Origin: Octopus bimaculoides
Taxonomy: Eukaryota
Assembly: GCF_001194135.2 (NCBI RefSeq)
Contig: NC_068988.1
Span: forward strand, 48,298,526 to 48,330,825
Length of the DNA stretch: 32,300 nt
Reading direction: 5' to 3'
Shown: positions 1-11,140 of the stretch, piece after piece
Layout of the letters: each line of letters starts with the position of its first letter
Position numbering within the stretch: the first letter of the stretch is position 1
Translations under genes and position numbers: made by a program
Notes under the pieces: generated by a model
The model's database searches: none
What the model saw: only the letters and a program-made list of their open reading frames with translations
Told to the model about the DNA's origin: nothing

Positions 1-36
<36 letters not shown>

Positions 37-110
37 TACACACACATATATATACACACATATATACACACACATATATATACACATATATGTGTTTGTG
101 TTTGTGTGTG
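1..110. repeat. Compound (TA)n/(TACA)n/(TG)n microsatellite
   Basis: Direct reading of the sequence. Confidence 0.95.
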
Positions 111-896
111 TCTTTATTAAACACATACTCACATAATATACGCGCATACACTTATATAATTTCATATGCATGCAGCTGTGTGAATATTTGAATATGCGGA
201 AGAATATACGTATAATTATTGAGTACATAAATGTATGTGTATGCCAATAGAAATGCCGTGTATCTTTTAACACATCTCAAAAAGAATTAAAATACCTCAA
301 TGCAGTCTATAGATTTTCTTCCTGATAGAATCTGTCGATTGGTATAATCTTTCCGAAAAATCTTAGATAGCTAATCAGATTGGCGAAATCTTTTCACCAC
401 CGATGTCTCTTATATTTATTTGTGTCAAAGATTGTCTTACGCAAATATCAGATTACAGCAGGTTCGCTTGCATGTGAAATGTCAAGACATTTATAGCCTG
501 AAATCTGGTAGATTGCCAAGACAATAGCAGTGGAACGGCAACAGAAAGAGACTTTCCGGTAGTTTATTACACCTCGCAAAAATTTAATTATTCTTTGCAG
601 CGATAGTTCTTGCTTACATTATACATATCATCTGACGAACAGCTCTATTGGCACAGTCCAACAGACAAACGGACCTTCACACCAACTGACCATATGTATA
701 AATTACTAGGCTGATAATCAAACTTTTACTTTCGATTTTGATCAAGGTGATATATCTCAAAAAGAAAGCGGAGTAGGATGCGGAGGTATTGATGCATTTT
801 CAGATGTTATAGATAGCATGATTGAAATGAAAGTATATTACTCCTGGAATTGGTACTATAGGTTGGAGATTCTGTTAGTGGCGAAATAAAATAATA

Positions 897-1235
897 GGGC
901 GCGTGGCTTAGTGGTTACTATTGCTCTTATGATCTTAAGGTCATGAATTCAATACTCGGCAGCGTATGGTGCCTTTGAACAAAACATTTTATTTCACATC
1001 GCTCCTGTTTACTCAGCTGGCAAAAACGAGTTGTATTCGTATTTCAAAGAGTCAGCCTTGTGAATATTCTGTGTCACGCTGAATCTCTCTGAAAACTACG
1101 TTGAGTGTACGCATGCTTGTGGAGTGCTCATTCACTTGCATGTTAATATCTCGAGCAGGCTCTTCTGTTGATCGGATTAACTGGAACACTCGTCATCGTA
1201 ACTGACGGAGTGTAACCTAATAATAAAAAAACAAC
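897..1235 (+). mobile_element. tRNA-headed SINE, family A (near full length, diverged)
   Basis: 5' head GGCGCGTGGCTTAGTGGTT has an A-box-like motif, followed by a B-box-like GAATTCAATAC. The body (cctttgaacaaaacattttatttcacatcgctcc...aactacgtt...gtcatcgtaactgacggag) aligns end to end with the reverse complement of 17170-17499. A/C-rich tail. Confidence 0.85.
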
Positions 1236-1693
1236 ATTTAGCTAATAAGAACATTGGAGATTAGATTATTTGTAGTTACTGTTGCTATTGTTTAGTCAAA
1301 TGGCAGGCGCTATCAAGTATACTGATATTCAAAAGCATTTAAACCATAGCCTGTATGTGTTTATTTTCAGATACAGTACGTCAGACAATGAATCCATCCT
1401 TTTCTATTACGACAGGTGTAGTTAGAAGTGAATTAACTAGTTACTGTTGGTTGCCTCCATGTTCACTGTACTCGAACTGATCAACGGCATTCCAGCTGCG
1501 ACCATTATGTTATTTTCTTATTTACAGGGAACCCAAATCCACTTTCTAGGACAGTTTTGTTTCGAGGTTATATTTTCTTGAAATTTCTAGCAAAATTACA
1601 TATTATGTTAGCATATTAGAAGTTGTGACGAACCAGTATTCGTTACTGCTATTCATGTTTGTGTCTCATTTGTACCAATGTTTTATCTTTTAT

Positions 1694-2020
1694 CTTTTAC
1701 ATGTTTTAGTCATTTGACAGAGGCAATGCTGGGACACCACCTTTAAAAAGTTTAGTCAAACAATTCGACACAAAACTTATTTTATAAGTCAATCACTCAT
1801 TCTATCAGTCTCTTTTGCCGTACGCTAAATCACGGAGACATAAACACAGAGATATACATATTTATATACGACAGGCTTATTTCCGTTTGCAACTACCAAA
1901 TCCACTCACTAGGCTTTGGTCGGCATGAAGCTTTAAATGAAGACGCTTGTCAAAGGATCCATTATAGCGAAACTGAACTCGGAACCATGCTGTTGGAAAG
2001 CAAGCTTCTTACCACATTAA
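1694..2020 (-). mobile_element. tRNA-headed SINE, family B (diverged)
   Basis: Reverse complement reads tgtggtaagaagcttgctttccaacagcatggttccgagttcag...gcaaaagagactgatagaatgagt...gtcaaatgactaaaacatgtaaaag. It is colinear with copies at 9231-9627, 25777-25960 and 32115-32268. Confidence 0.85.
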
Positions 2021-2318
2021 GTGTAAAGAGATTGTGCGATATCCATGCACAACTTTAATGGTATTAGAAATAACAAAAGTGAACTGAAGCATCATAATAT
2101 ACATAACATTTCCTGGAATATCACCTTCGGCTCTGCTGCACTAAAATTTCCATCACTAAATGCTGTTTAGTACCAAATAAATTATAATCACGTAAACTTA
2201 CGATTAATAGCTTTCCAGAAATGACAGCAATTTTTTCCCGGTAGATTTTATTTTTAAAGAGTGTACTTAGGATTACGTTAACCAATATTCTTTCCTGTTT
2301 TTCAAGGCAATAATCTGT

Positions 2319-2543
2319 TGCCGCCGTTTTAACACCGTTGTAGAGATACAGAGCGAATCTCCGAAGGTCTTCCAGTCGCTTACGGAAAACGACTTCCAGA
2401 CCGGATTCCAAAAGTGGCGGCAACGCTGGCTCCGGTGTATTGCTGTGCAAGGTGACTATGTCGAAGGAAATGATGTTAAAACTTAGGTAAATAAGTTATT
2501 TTTTACTAACCATAAATAGGGAACGTTTTGATACCACCACATA
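2319..2543 (+). mobile_element. Mariner (Tc1/mariner) transposase 3' fragment with right terminal inverted repeat
   Basis: 2319-2486 translates CRRFNTVVEIQSESPKVFQSLTENDFQTGFQKWRQRWLRCIAVQGDYVEGNDVKT*, matching the mariner C-terminal pattern (GRRF..EEIQ..F..W..RW..CI...GDY.E). It is followed by gggaacgttttgataccaccacata, a TIR-like end finishing in TA. The supplied ORF 2121-2450 is its antisense. Confidence 0.8.
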
Positions 2544-2777
2544 TTATACTGATTTTATTATATTCATACAAAGAAATTTCAATATGAACTAGTTTAAATC
2601 TCATCACTAAATTATTAGCTTTGCTTTATATCGATCATGTATACCCGATGTATTACTGTGAAATTTTCGAGTGTGACTCTTAAGCATCTTCTTTTTCTGT
2701 AGGGAACACTTTCCACTTTCTAGTGAACCTGTATATACATATATACATACATGCATATATATATATATATATATATA

Positions 2778-3099
2778 NNNNNNNNNNNNNNNNNNNNNNN
2801 NNNNNNNNNNNNNNNNNNNNNNNNNNNNNNNNNNNNNNNNNNNNNNNNNNNNNNNNNNNNNNNNNNNNNNNNNNNNNNNNNNNNNNNNNNNNNNNNNNNN
2901 NNNNNNNNNNNNNNNNNNNNNNNNNNNNNNNNNNNNNNNNNNNNNNNNNNNNNNNNNNNNNNNNNNNNNNNNNNNNNNNNNNNNNNNNNNNNNNNNNNNN
3001 NNNNNNNNNNNNNNNNNNNNNNNNNNNNNNNNNNNNNNNNNNNNNNNNNNNNNNNNNNNNNNNNNNNNNNNNNNNNNNNNNNNNNNNNNNNNNNNNNNN
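2778..3099. other. Assembly gap flanked by (TA)n
   Basis: Run of N. Confidence 0.99.
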
Positions 3100-3130
<31 letters not shown>

Positions 3131-3249
3131 GTATATATATATGTCATGTACATTATTTTGTCTCCCCACTGATATGAGGCCCCGTTCGCTAGATCCTTTC
3201 AAACCACATTAAATTGTCCGTATTTTTTTTTTCGTAACTGGAATGGGAA

Positions 3250-5335
3250 AGAGTCTCTGGCACCCTGGTAAATCTTTAATCACCCCCCAATAGCCGTTCC
3301 ACTTTTCTATGCATCACTTAGTCAGTTTGAAATTGGAGGAGGGGTGTCAGTGCTGTTTAAGATAAACCTGGATATCGAGGTACGAACCGTCTTCCTGGAC
3401 ATGGAAGATAAATTCGTGGACATGGACGTGAACAACAGTGGAGGTGGTGCTTTCAGGCTACCCGCTGTGTACGCTCCAACTGGGGTGATGTAGCCAGACC
3501 TTTTCAGACATTTGGAGATTTTCCTTGGGACATCTCGCTCTTTAGTTCTAGTGGGCGAGTGGTACGCTATTTTGAATGCACGCCTGGATAGGGTGGGACT
3601 GGACGATACAAGAGGGGATGCTCAGTCATTTCCAGTTGGCTGATAAGTACCGATTGGACTTCCAAAATGCTACAATGTGGCCTTGGGCAAACAACACAGG
3701 GTCTTCCAGATCGTATTTTGATAGGATATTTGTAGGCCAGTAGATAGAAGTAGCATAGGTTGACCCCAGTTCAAAGTCATCGGTTACACAGACCACAAAT
3801 TTGTGATCTGCACATTCGACTTAGATAACATCCACAGGCATGGTCACGGCTATTGGAAGCTGAACGCGTCTTTTCCAGCGCGACAAGCATTCAGAAACTG
3901 GGTTAGCAAGCTAGTCCATCAGAAGTTGGCGGGTGCAATCGTCAACAACCGTTGGTGGATAGCCCTGAAAAGGGGTATTAGATTAGAAGCAGTAGGATTT
4001 AGTAAGGAAATGGCTTTAGAGGTATCTTGGATAGAGGGTGAGCTAGTTAGGAAGTTAGATGAGGCACTTAGGTGCAGCATTACGACTGACGTATTGCCGA
4101 CGAGATTGGCTCTTGATCAATTTTTCAAAGCCAAGCACGAAGGTTGCGTTGTCAGAGCTAGGGTGTGTGTTGTAAGACATGACGGGACGAAAGCTGTTCG
4201 GCGTGCCTGGATGGAAGATGTGCGATGAGCAACGTGGAAACAATTCCACAATTCGGTTTTTGTCTGGTCGGGATAGGCATATGTTACTCGAATCCAAGCA
4301 GTTGTCTACGGAGTTTCAGCGACATTTCACCGAACACTTTGGCGCTCGCAGTGTATCGGTATGGAGGTGGATTTCCCATCCTACCTCGACGGCATGCTGC
4401 ACCTTTCGGCCAGGATGCACAGTTCTACGAAGTGTCGATATTAGCGATGACGAGCTGTACAAGGGAGAAGTCTCCGTGGGTGGATGGTATGTCCTTCGAA
4501 CCTTATCTTCATATCCCAGACTTGTTTGGGGATCTCTTGGTGGATGTCTACCACGACTGGCAGCAGGACCCAGTGCAGTGAGCCTTGGCGAGCAGGTACT
4601 CCTGAGAAAGGACCCAAACAAGGGGACCAATTAGATAAGTTTAGGCTCATAACCCTTCTGAACGTAGATTATTAGATTTTGCGCAAGGTGTTAGCCAAAA
4701 GTGTGGCATTAGTCATCAATAAGCTGGTCGGAGACGCGTAGACATGCACTATCCCTAAAATGTCTAGCCACGACAATCTCCACCTCAAGTGCTACATGAC
4801 AGTGAGGTAGGGAAGGAACATGATATGGGTGGAGCCCTGGTCAATTTGGATCAATCAAAAGCTTTTGAGTGGGTCGACCATCAATACTAGGAGGTTGTCC
4901 TCGTTGCAGCCTGTTTCGATCTCGTTTTCAGAGACTGGATTGCTGCAATGTATAGCGACATCTCTTCGGTGGTCGAACTAAACGGCCACCTATCGGAATC
5001 GTTTAGTATCGCTCGTTCAATCCGTCAAGGATGCCCACTCTTTCCTCAAATGTACTTACTGACTCTCGAGTTATTGTTGCAAGGAGTATCTTGTGCGATC
5101 TAGGATGCAGAAGATTCGTGTCAGCATACACGGACGCCGTCACCGTAATAATTTCAGACATCTCACTTAAGTGAGTACGAAACGGTGACAGGAGCAAAAA
5201 TTAATCAGGACAAGTCGGTGGATTTGCAGCTCGGCTCCTGATGAAGCAGGTATATGCCAACCGACATCGTTGTAGGGCACTGGACGTAAGGACCGGTTAA
5301 ATTGTTCGGGGTTTGATTTGGTGCGGACCTCGATG
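3250..5335 (+). mobile_element. Decayed L1/Tx1-clade LINE ORF2 (AP endonuclease + reverse transcriptase), truncated at both ends
   Basis: APE motifs across frames: GGGVSVLF, FRLPAVYAP, LVLVGEWYAILNARLDR, SRSYFDRIFV, YTDHKFV, GYWKLNASF. RT motifs: KSPWVDG, FRLITLLNVDY*ILRKVLA, LVNLDQSKAFEWVDHQY, SIRQGCPL, VSAYTDAVTV (degenerate YADD), YETVTGAKINQDKS. Many stops and frameshifts. Confidence 0.9.
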
Positions 5336-6364
5336 CCAGTCTGACACAACAATAACCTTATGTTTCAGGTGCGAGGCCAGCAAGTTTTGAGAGGTGTGGG
5401 TTCTGTCGAGTACTTCGGCTTCAGTTTTTTACTGGTACTTTATTTTACTGATGTGAATCGCGTTTACCTTTATACCAACGTGATGTCTATCTGAGCACGA
5501 TTTGATCAGAGAATTTAAAGAAAATTAACGCTCTGTTGACTCTACTCTTCGCTGCTTGTATAATAATAATAAATATTAACGATACCAGAAATGAGAAAAG
5601 AAACCTTTATAATATGTGTGATGTCCATCAAGTTAACAATGCCATGGACAGCTGCCGGCTGAAATCTATCTGAGGTATTCTCTGATATGGCATCTACGTG
5701 TCAATGTCTTTGCCAAATTCAGAATTCCAATTCGCTAATCTCTTTAATCCCAGCTCATTAAATCGATCGTAAACCTATTTTTAAATGCTTCGATAGTAAA
5801 CTGTAAATACGTGTTCAAATAAAAGTGCATTTTATTCATCTCTCAATTATGCTTGATTTGGTTTTTGTTTGAGCAGAACAGCTGGAAATTTAGAAGAACA
5901 GAAATGGTATCCGTTAGTTTTACATGGAATTTTTCTATTTGATCGAACCGGAAAATTCTGGCAAAATCCTATCAATTCCTAACTGCCCTATGTATATCTT
6001 TATTAGATTTTGTTTCTATATGATTTCTTATATATATATATGTGTGGGGGGGGGGTGCATGTTTGTATGTAGTATGTATGTATGTAGTATGTATGTATTT
6101 ATATACTACGTATACATATGCACAGATAAATACGTTTTCTCTTTTATGGCCATTTTCTCCATATTAATATGCAGGGATGGCTTTTGTTAAAGGCTATTGC
6201 GTTTATATTTTTACAGTTGGATTCACTTAACCTGAAGTATGAGCAAAACATGTCAGTCAGCGAAGGTGAAGAAAGCCGCGATATTTGTCTAAGAGGCTGA
6301 ACATAAATATACAAGATCTTGTTTTACACACTCAAAAGAATGAGCCCACAAAGTTTCCTTCGTA

Positions 6365-6517
6365 CGACTAGTCGACCAACTAGAAATAGCAAGATGATCT
6401 TCCTTAAATGGCATCCTATCAGCTTCTAATGTAAGAATGCATAGAACAATATAGTCGTAGATAACTATCGCTGCATTAAAAAGATGAGTAATCATATTTG
6501 AAATGTTTTTGATCATA
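6365..6517 (+). repeat. Old interspersed repeat fragment (family D), weakly similar to 23260-23465
   Basis: Shares aaatagcaa near the start and tttgatcata about 140 bp later with 23260-23465. Similarity is otherwise low. Confidence 0.35.
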
Positions 6518-7419
6518 ATTTTTCAGGGTGAGAGCTGAATTGATCTTAAATATCAAAACAAAAATACTTTTTCAACTCCACAATAACAATGCCAGCAGAG
6601 TTGGCTGGACGTCGTGACACGACCGGCTAGCAATATGACCCATACCTCCCTTAAAGAACATCTTAGGAACATTCTTAGGAATAAGACCAAAAATGGAAGG
6701 ACATTCTGTATGATATAATTGTATGATATAATTATATGATTCACTGAACCTAAATAAAGAGGTGATGATCATGACTTTAGTGCCGTCATTCATAATTGAG
6801 CTCGTTTAAGATTCTCCTGTAGCGAAACACCCAAAGAAGGGTTGTTTTATTGTGGTTTAAATCGTATTCACATAATTAGAATCGAAGAAGTAACCTCTAG
6901 CAGCTTCTATATAAGTGCTGTCCATTCATTTGTCAATAGTACGCTCTTCAGAATTATCGACTTTGTACCAATTTAAGAAATCGTAATATTATGATAACTC
7001 GCATTTATTTTACGCTAAAATAATGGTAATGCAATTCAGATTAATTGGAATTTTCATAGCTTCTTTATTGTTAAATTTACATCCCTGTACTGCAGGCAGC
7101 AGACGACATTGCAACCAAAGAATAGTACAGGTTTCTTTTGCTTCTGTAACACGGGTGTTCACAAAAATTCAAAAGCGATGTGAGATGCTCGTCGTCTTTC
7201 TGATACGCTGTATAGGGCCCAACCTAGAGGCGAAAGCCGATTGGTCCACAATGATTGCAAAAGTTGTGGACTTTCGTTTATAAAATATGAAGTTGATGGA
7301 AAAAAAGAGAAAATAAGTTGAATGGGAGAAGGCGGTAGTTGAATATAAGCTGATAAATGCAGCTTCATTTCACTGTGTAACCTCATCATCAAAGTAACCA
7401 TCACTATCGACATCAGCTG

Positions 7420-7815
7420 CGGTACCACCACCACCTTCATCATCATCATCGTCGTAGTCATCATCATCATCGTCGTAGTCATCATCATCATCGTCATAAT
7501 CAATCATCATCATCATTACTGTCATCATTAACATCACCATCATCTTTACCATTCACTACTAACATCACCACTAGTACTACCGTCACCGCCACCACCACCA
7601 CTACCACATCTATAGAAGTAATAGTAGCAGCAGTAAGAGTAGTAGTAGCAGCAGTAAGAGTAGTAGTAGCAGCAGCAGCAATAGCAGCATCAGTAGTGGT
7701 TCTTTTGTTACAGTTAATATTATGTCAGTTGTCTTATTATTACTGCATGGGTCTAACTGAATAACCAAGCACATATTTTTTTATTGCATTGATATTTCAT
7801 GTTATTGTTGTTCAT

Positions 7816-7864
<49 letters not shown>

Positions 7865-8215
7865 CCATCATCATCACCATCATCATCATCATCTTCATCA
7901 TTATCATCATCATCAGCAGCAGCAGCATCATCATCATCATCATCTTCATCATCATCCACCATCACCACCACCACCACCACCACCACCACCACAACTACCA
8001 TCACCACCACCACCACCACCGCCACCATCACCAATATATACTACATAATACTCATGAACTTTCGTACATAGCCTCATCCCTATGACGAGAGATCATCACT
8101 ACCATCTTTATAACAACCGAGCCGGAGTTTTTTCTCTCTATATCATCAACATCATTGATACAGTCATCATCACAAGAACTATGGAAGGTTTATCACCATC
8201 ACCACCCCCACCATT
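7420..8215. repeat. Cluster of trinucleotide arrays: (CAT)n, (CAC)n, (TAG/CAG)n
   Basis: Direct reading; arrays at about 7420-7700, 7810-8035 and 8090-8215. These generate the poly-D/S/H/I/V ORFs in the track. Confidence 0.95.
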
Positions 8216-8621
8216 CCTGTTACTTTTATTGCCTTACTGTCTTTAATCAGTCCAATTTTAACGTTTGGTATTCTCGTATACAACGGCAACATGAACAATT
8301 AACCTAACCATTCAACATCACGAACTGTTCATTTAACTTTCCGTTTATTTCTAAATACCGACTTCAGAAAATGTTTCACCGCAGCTCATAGAATATAACT
8401 CTGCTACGAAATTTCATGACTTTTCACATTAGACTGAAAGCTGATAATAACAAATATTGCGTATTTTCAAATGGTTGAAAGCGGCCATACAGGATATCGT
8501 TGCTTTAGTTTCGACGCAGTCTCAGATCAACTTAATTACCAGTTCTCAAGAAATAATAGGTTTCATTGCTGCGAGCACACACACTTTTTCTACATATAAA
8601 CATACATATATACATATATAC

Positions 8622-8678
<57 letters not shown>

Positions 8679-9076
8679 NNNNNNNNNNNNNNNNNNNNNN
8701 NNNNNNNNNNNNNNNNNNNNNNNNNNNNNNNNNNNNNNNNNNNNNNNNNNNNNNNNNNNNNNNNNNNNNNNNNNNNNNNNNNNNNNNNNNNNNNNNNNNN
8801 NNNNNNNNNNNNNNNNNNNNNNNNNNNNNNNNNNNNNNNNNNNNNNNNNNNNNNNNNNNNNNNNNNNNNNNNNNNNNNNNNNNNNNNNNNNNNNNNNNNN
8901 NNNNNNNNNNNNNNNNNNNNNNNNNNNNNNNNNNNNNNNNNNNNNNNNNNNNNNNNNNNNNNNNNNNNNNNNNNNNNNNNNNNNNNNNNNNNNNNNNNNN
9001 NNNNNNNNNNNNNNNNNNNNNNNNNNNNNNNNNNNNNNNNNNNNNNNNNNNNNNNNNNNNNNNNNNNNNNNNNNNN
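8679..9076. other. Assembly gap after (TA)n
   Basis: Run of N. Confidence 0.99.
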
Positions 9077-9230
9077 CGAAGACAGGTGGTGTAGAAAACA
9101 AACAGATGTATTAGTTTAACGCTCGGGAAGTGCAAAAGTCTTTAACCTTTCGAGCCTACACTCTTCCACAGAAATGAACACAGAAAGAAATGAGGAGAGA
9201 AAAAAAGAATGTGTAGTGGCTAGCGAAATA

Positions 9231-9627
9231 CGCAGGTGTGTCTTTGTGGTAAGAAGTTTGCTTCCCAATCACATAGTTCCGGGTTCAGTTCGACTCCGTG
9301 GCACCTTGGGCAAGAGTCTTCTACTATAGCTTCGGATCGACCAAAATGAGTGCATTTGGTAGACGGAAACTGAAAGAATCCCGTCGTATATATATATATG
9401 TGTGTTTGTGTATGTGTGTGCCTGCGTTTATCCCCCCGCCATCGCTTGACAGCCGATGGTGCTGTGTTTATGTCCACGTTAACTAGCAGCTTGACTAAAA
9501 GAAAGACCGATAGAATAAGTACTGGGCTCACAAAAAATAAGTCTGGGGTCGATTTCTTGAACTAAAACCCTTCAAGGCAATGCTCCACCATGGTCGCAGT
9601 CCAATGAGTAGAACAAATGAATGAAAG
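9231..9627 (+). mobile_element. tRNA-headed SINE, family B (full length, with internal TA/TG microsatellite), followed by (CA)n
   Basis: Head gcaggtgtgtctttgtggtaagaag...ccgggttcagttc (A/B-box-like), then ggcaccttgggcaag, an internal (TA)(TG) tract and a 3' module gaccgatagaataagtact...ggggtcgatt...gcagtccaatgag. Colinear with three other copies. Confidence 0.88.
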
Positions 9628-9670
9628 CATACCTGTACGCACACGCACGCACACACACACACAAACAAAC

Positions 9671-9706
<36 letters not shown>

Positions 9707-9899
9707 GTACAAAGAATGCTCGGAGAATGACTCGTATGAATCACCTTTAAATGTCTTTTCCAGGTGGTGCCATTAAGTTTGACATGGCCGAAACTTATCT
9801 AAGTATCTAAATATACATAAATGTGTGTATCTTATACACCTGCGTGTGCGCGCACTAATACATGCGTGTATGTATATGTTGTCTGGATACTCAGTTTCA

Positions 9900-10300
9900 A
9901 GACAAGATTTTTCTCTCAGCGGCCTCTATAGCTCTGGTGTTGCTTTGTGGTTTTCCAGGTCACCGAACTAAAGGTGTTTACGCATTAACCAACTATGAAT
10001 ATCGTATCAAAAGATGATTACTAGCCAATATTGACGGCAGCACCAATCTTATTGACAATAACGTGTATCGTGGGATGAACTTATGGGCAGGTGTGTCTCA
10101 TGCTTTTTCACACCCTCCCTTTGCCAATGAACTTGATTTGTAATGCTTTCCGAAGTTCTTTCTCTGACTACCTTGCGTGGCCTTCACAAAGCAAGTTCGT
10201 ATACATCCTTCCATCTTGTGTCTCTGACGAATTTTGATTAACTGGCGCGTGTCTTGATTACAAAATGCTGCGTTGTTTTCACTATTTCAGGAAATCCATA
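9900..10300 (-). mobile_element. Highly decayed mariner-like transposase N-terminal (HTH) fragment
   Basis: Minus-strand pieces in shifting frames: QHFVIK (cf. QR.VIKF), REGVKKHE..PISS (cf. RESVED..RSGRP.T), IVNKIGAAVNIG..SSFDTI (cf. TV.EIA..LNIS.GS...I) and MRK, in the expected order. No clear TIR pair found. Confidence 0.4.
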
Positions 10301-10494
10301 TTGAAAGATTTTTGTTTTTGCTCGGAGGGGCGTTTGCAAAGTATAACTTTCCGTCATTTATATTTCTGTGCTAAGTAGTACGTAGATGTGTTGTTTATTT
10401 GGCAATATAATCATTCAGAGTTTGTTTCATTACCTTTTATTTACTTGTCTTGCGTATTCAGATTTTCACGCATATTGCTTTCTTTTGTTTTGAT

Positions 10495-11140
10495 GGTTGT
10501 TTTGAAACAATGGTACACATTGTTTGCAGAATGCTCCAAGTTGACTCAGAGAATATAAAAAATGGAGATACGATCAATTTGCAAAAGTTTTACAGCGGAC
10601 GCCTTGTCAAAAATAGGTGTTTGAAGCAGGACATACATGGTATAAACATCCGGTAGAAGGAGTAACACAGTCGGAAATATGAAAGCCTTTTTGAAATTTT
10701 AAAATTCAAATGGATGAGAAGATAGAACATAGCAAGCCAAATATTACAATAATAGACAAGAAAAAGCGAATTTGCTTACTGATTGATCATTGATGTCCCC
10801 TGACTCGAAGGTTGAAAAGAAAGCAGATGAAAGATTGAAATATACAACCCCTTAAAATCTGAGATGGCGAGGAACTGGAACATGAAATCAGTAAACGTTG
10901 TACCTGTTGTAATCGGTGCACTGATGACATAGAGAAATCGGAGATTGAAATGGAATGGCTATTGGAGCTACTACAGAAGTCTTGCTTCTCAGAAGCAGGA
11001 AAGATCGTCAGAAGAGTTTTGAACACACGGTGGCGTAGTGAAGTCATATGAAAATCTAAGGTTTTAGGCAGTAACTCGCTCCCGTCATAAATTCTATTAG
11101 GAATAAGACCAAACATGGGTCACGTCGAATGATAATAATT
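10495..11140 (+). mobile_element. 3' fragment of a restriction-like-endonuclease non-LTR retrotransposon (R4/Dong-like) with 3' UTR and short TAA tail
   Basis: CCHC-knuckle remnant ETMVHIV/AECSKLTQR..RYD; WYKHPVEGV; REL motif NFKIQMDEKIEHSKPNITIIDKKKRICLLID (cf. WD..IQTD....H.KPDI...DK); KIEIYNPLKSEMARNWNMKSVNVVPVVIGAL; terminal LELLQKSCFSEAGKIVRRVL; gataataat at about 11130. Confidence 0.82.

Noticed and set aside
480-880. Faint RTE-like reverse transcriptase traces (e.g. QGD)
   Set aside because: Too few motif residues to distinguish from chance by eye.
1371-1570. Plus-strand acceptor-like sites with short open frames (similar sites near 6217, 19326, 22982, 24449)
   Set aside because: Donors are weak or missing, no consistent multi-exon chain forms, and no protein is recognisable.
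2121-2450. 109-aa minus-strand ORF
   Set aside because: Its first half is the antisense of the mariner transposase C-terminus; there is no independent support.
7023-7283. 86-aa ORF with a signal-peptide-like N-terminus
   Set aside because: No recognisable domain or good splice donor. The opposite strand faintly resembles an RTE zinc-finger end (CNHCG...LYS). Neither reading is supportable.
7159-8085. Poly-D/S/H/I/V/M ORFs (and the poly-L/V/T ORFs at 23494-24079)
   Set aside because: Translations of trinucleotide arrays, open in several frames on both strands.
8502-8525. Minus-strand CUGAGACUGCGUCGAAAC
   Set aside because: The core lacks two nucleotides and no helix I or III partner was found.
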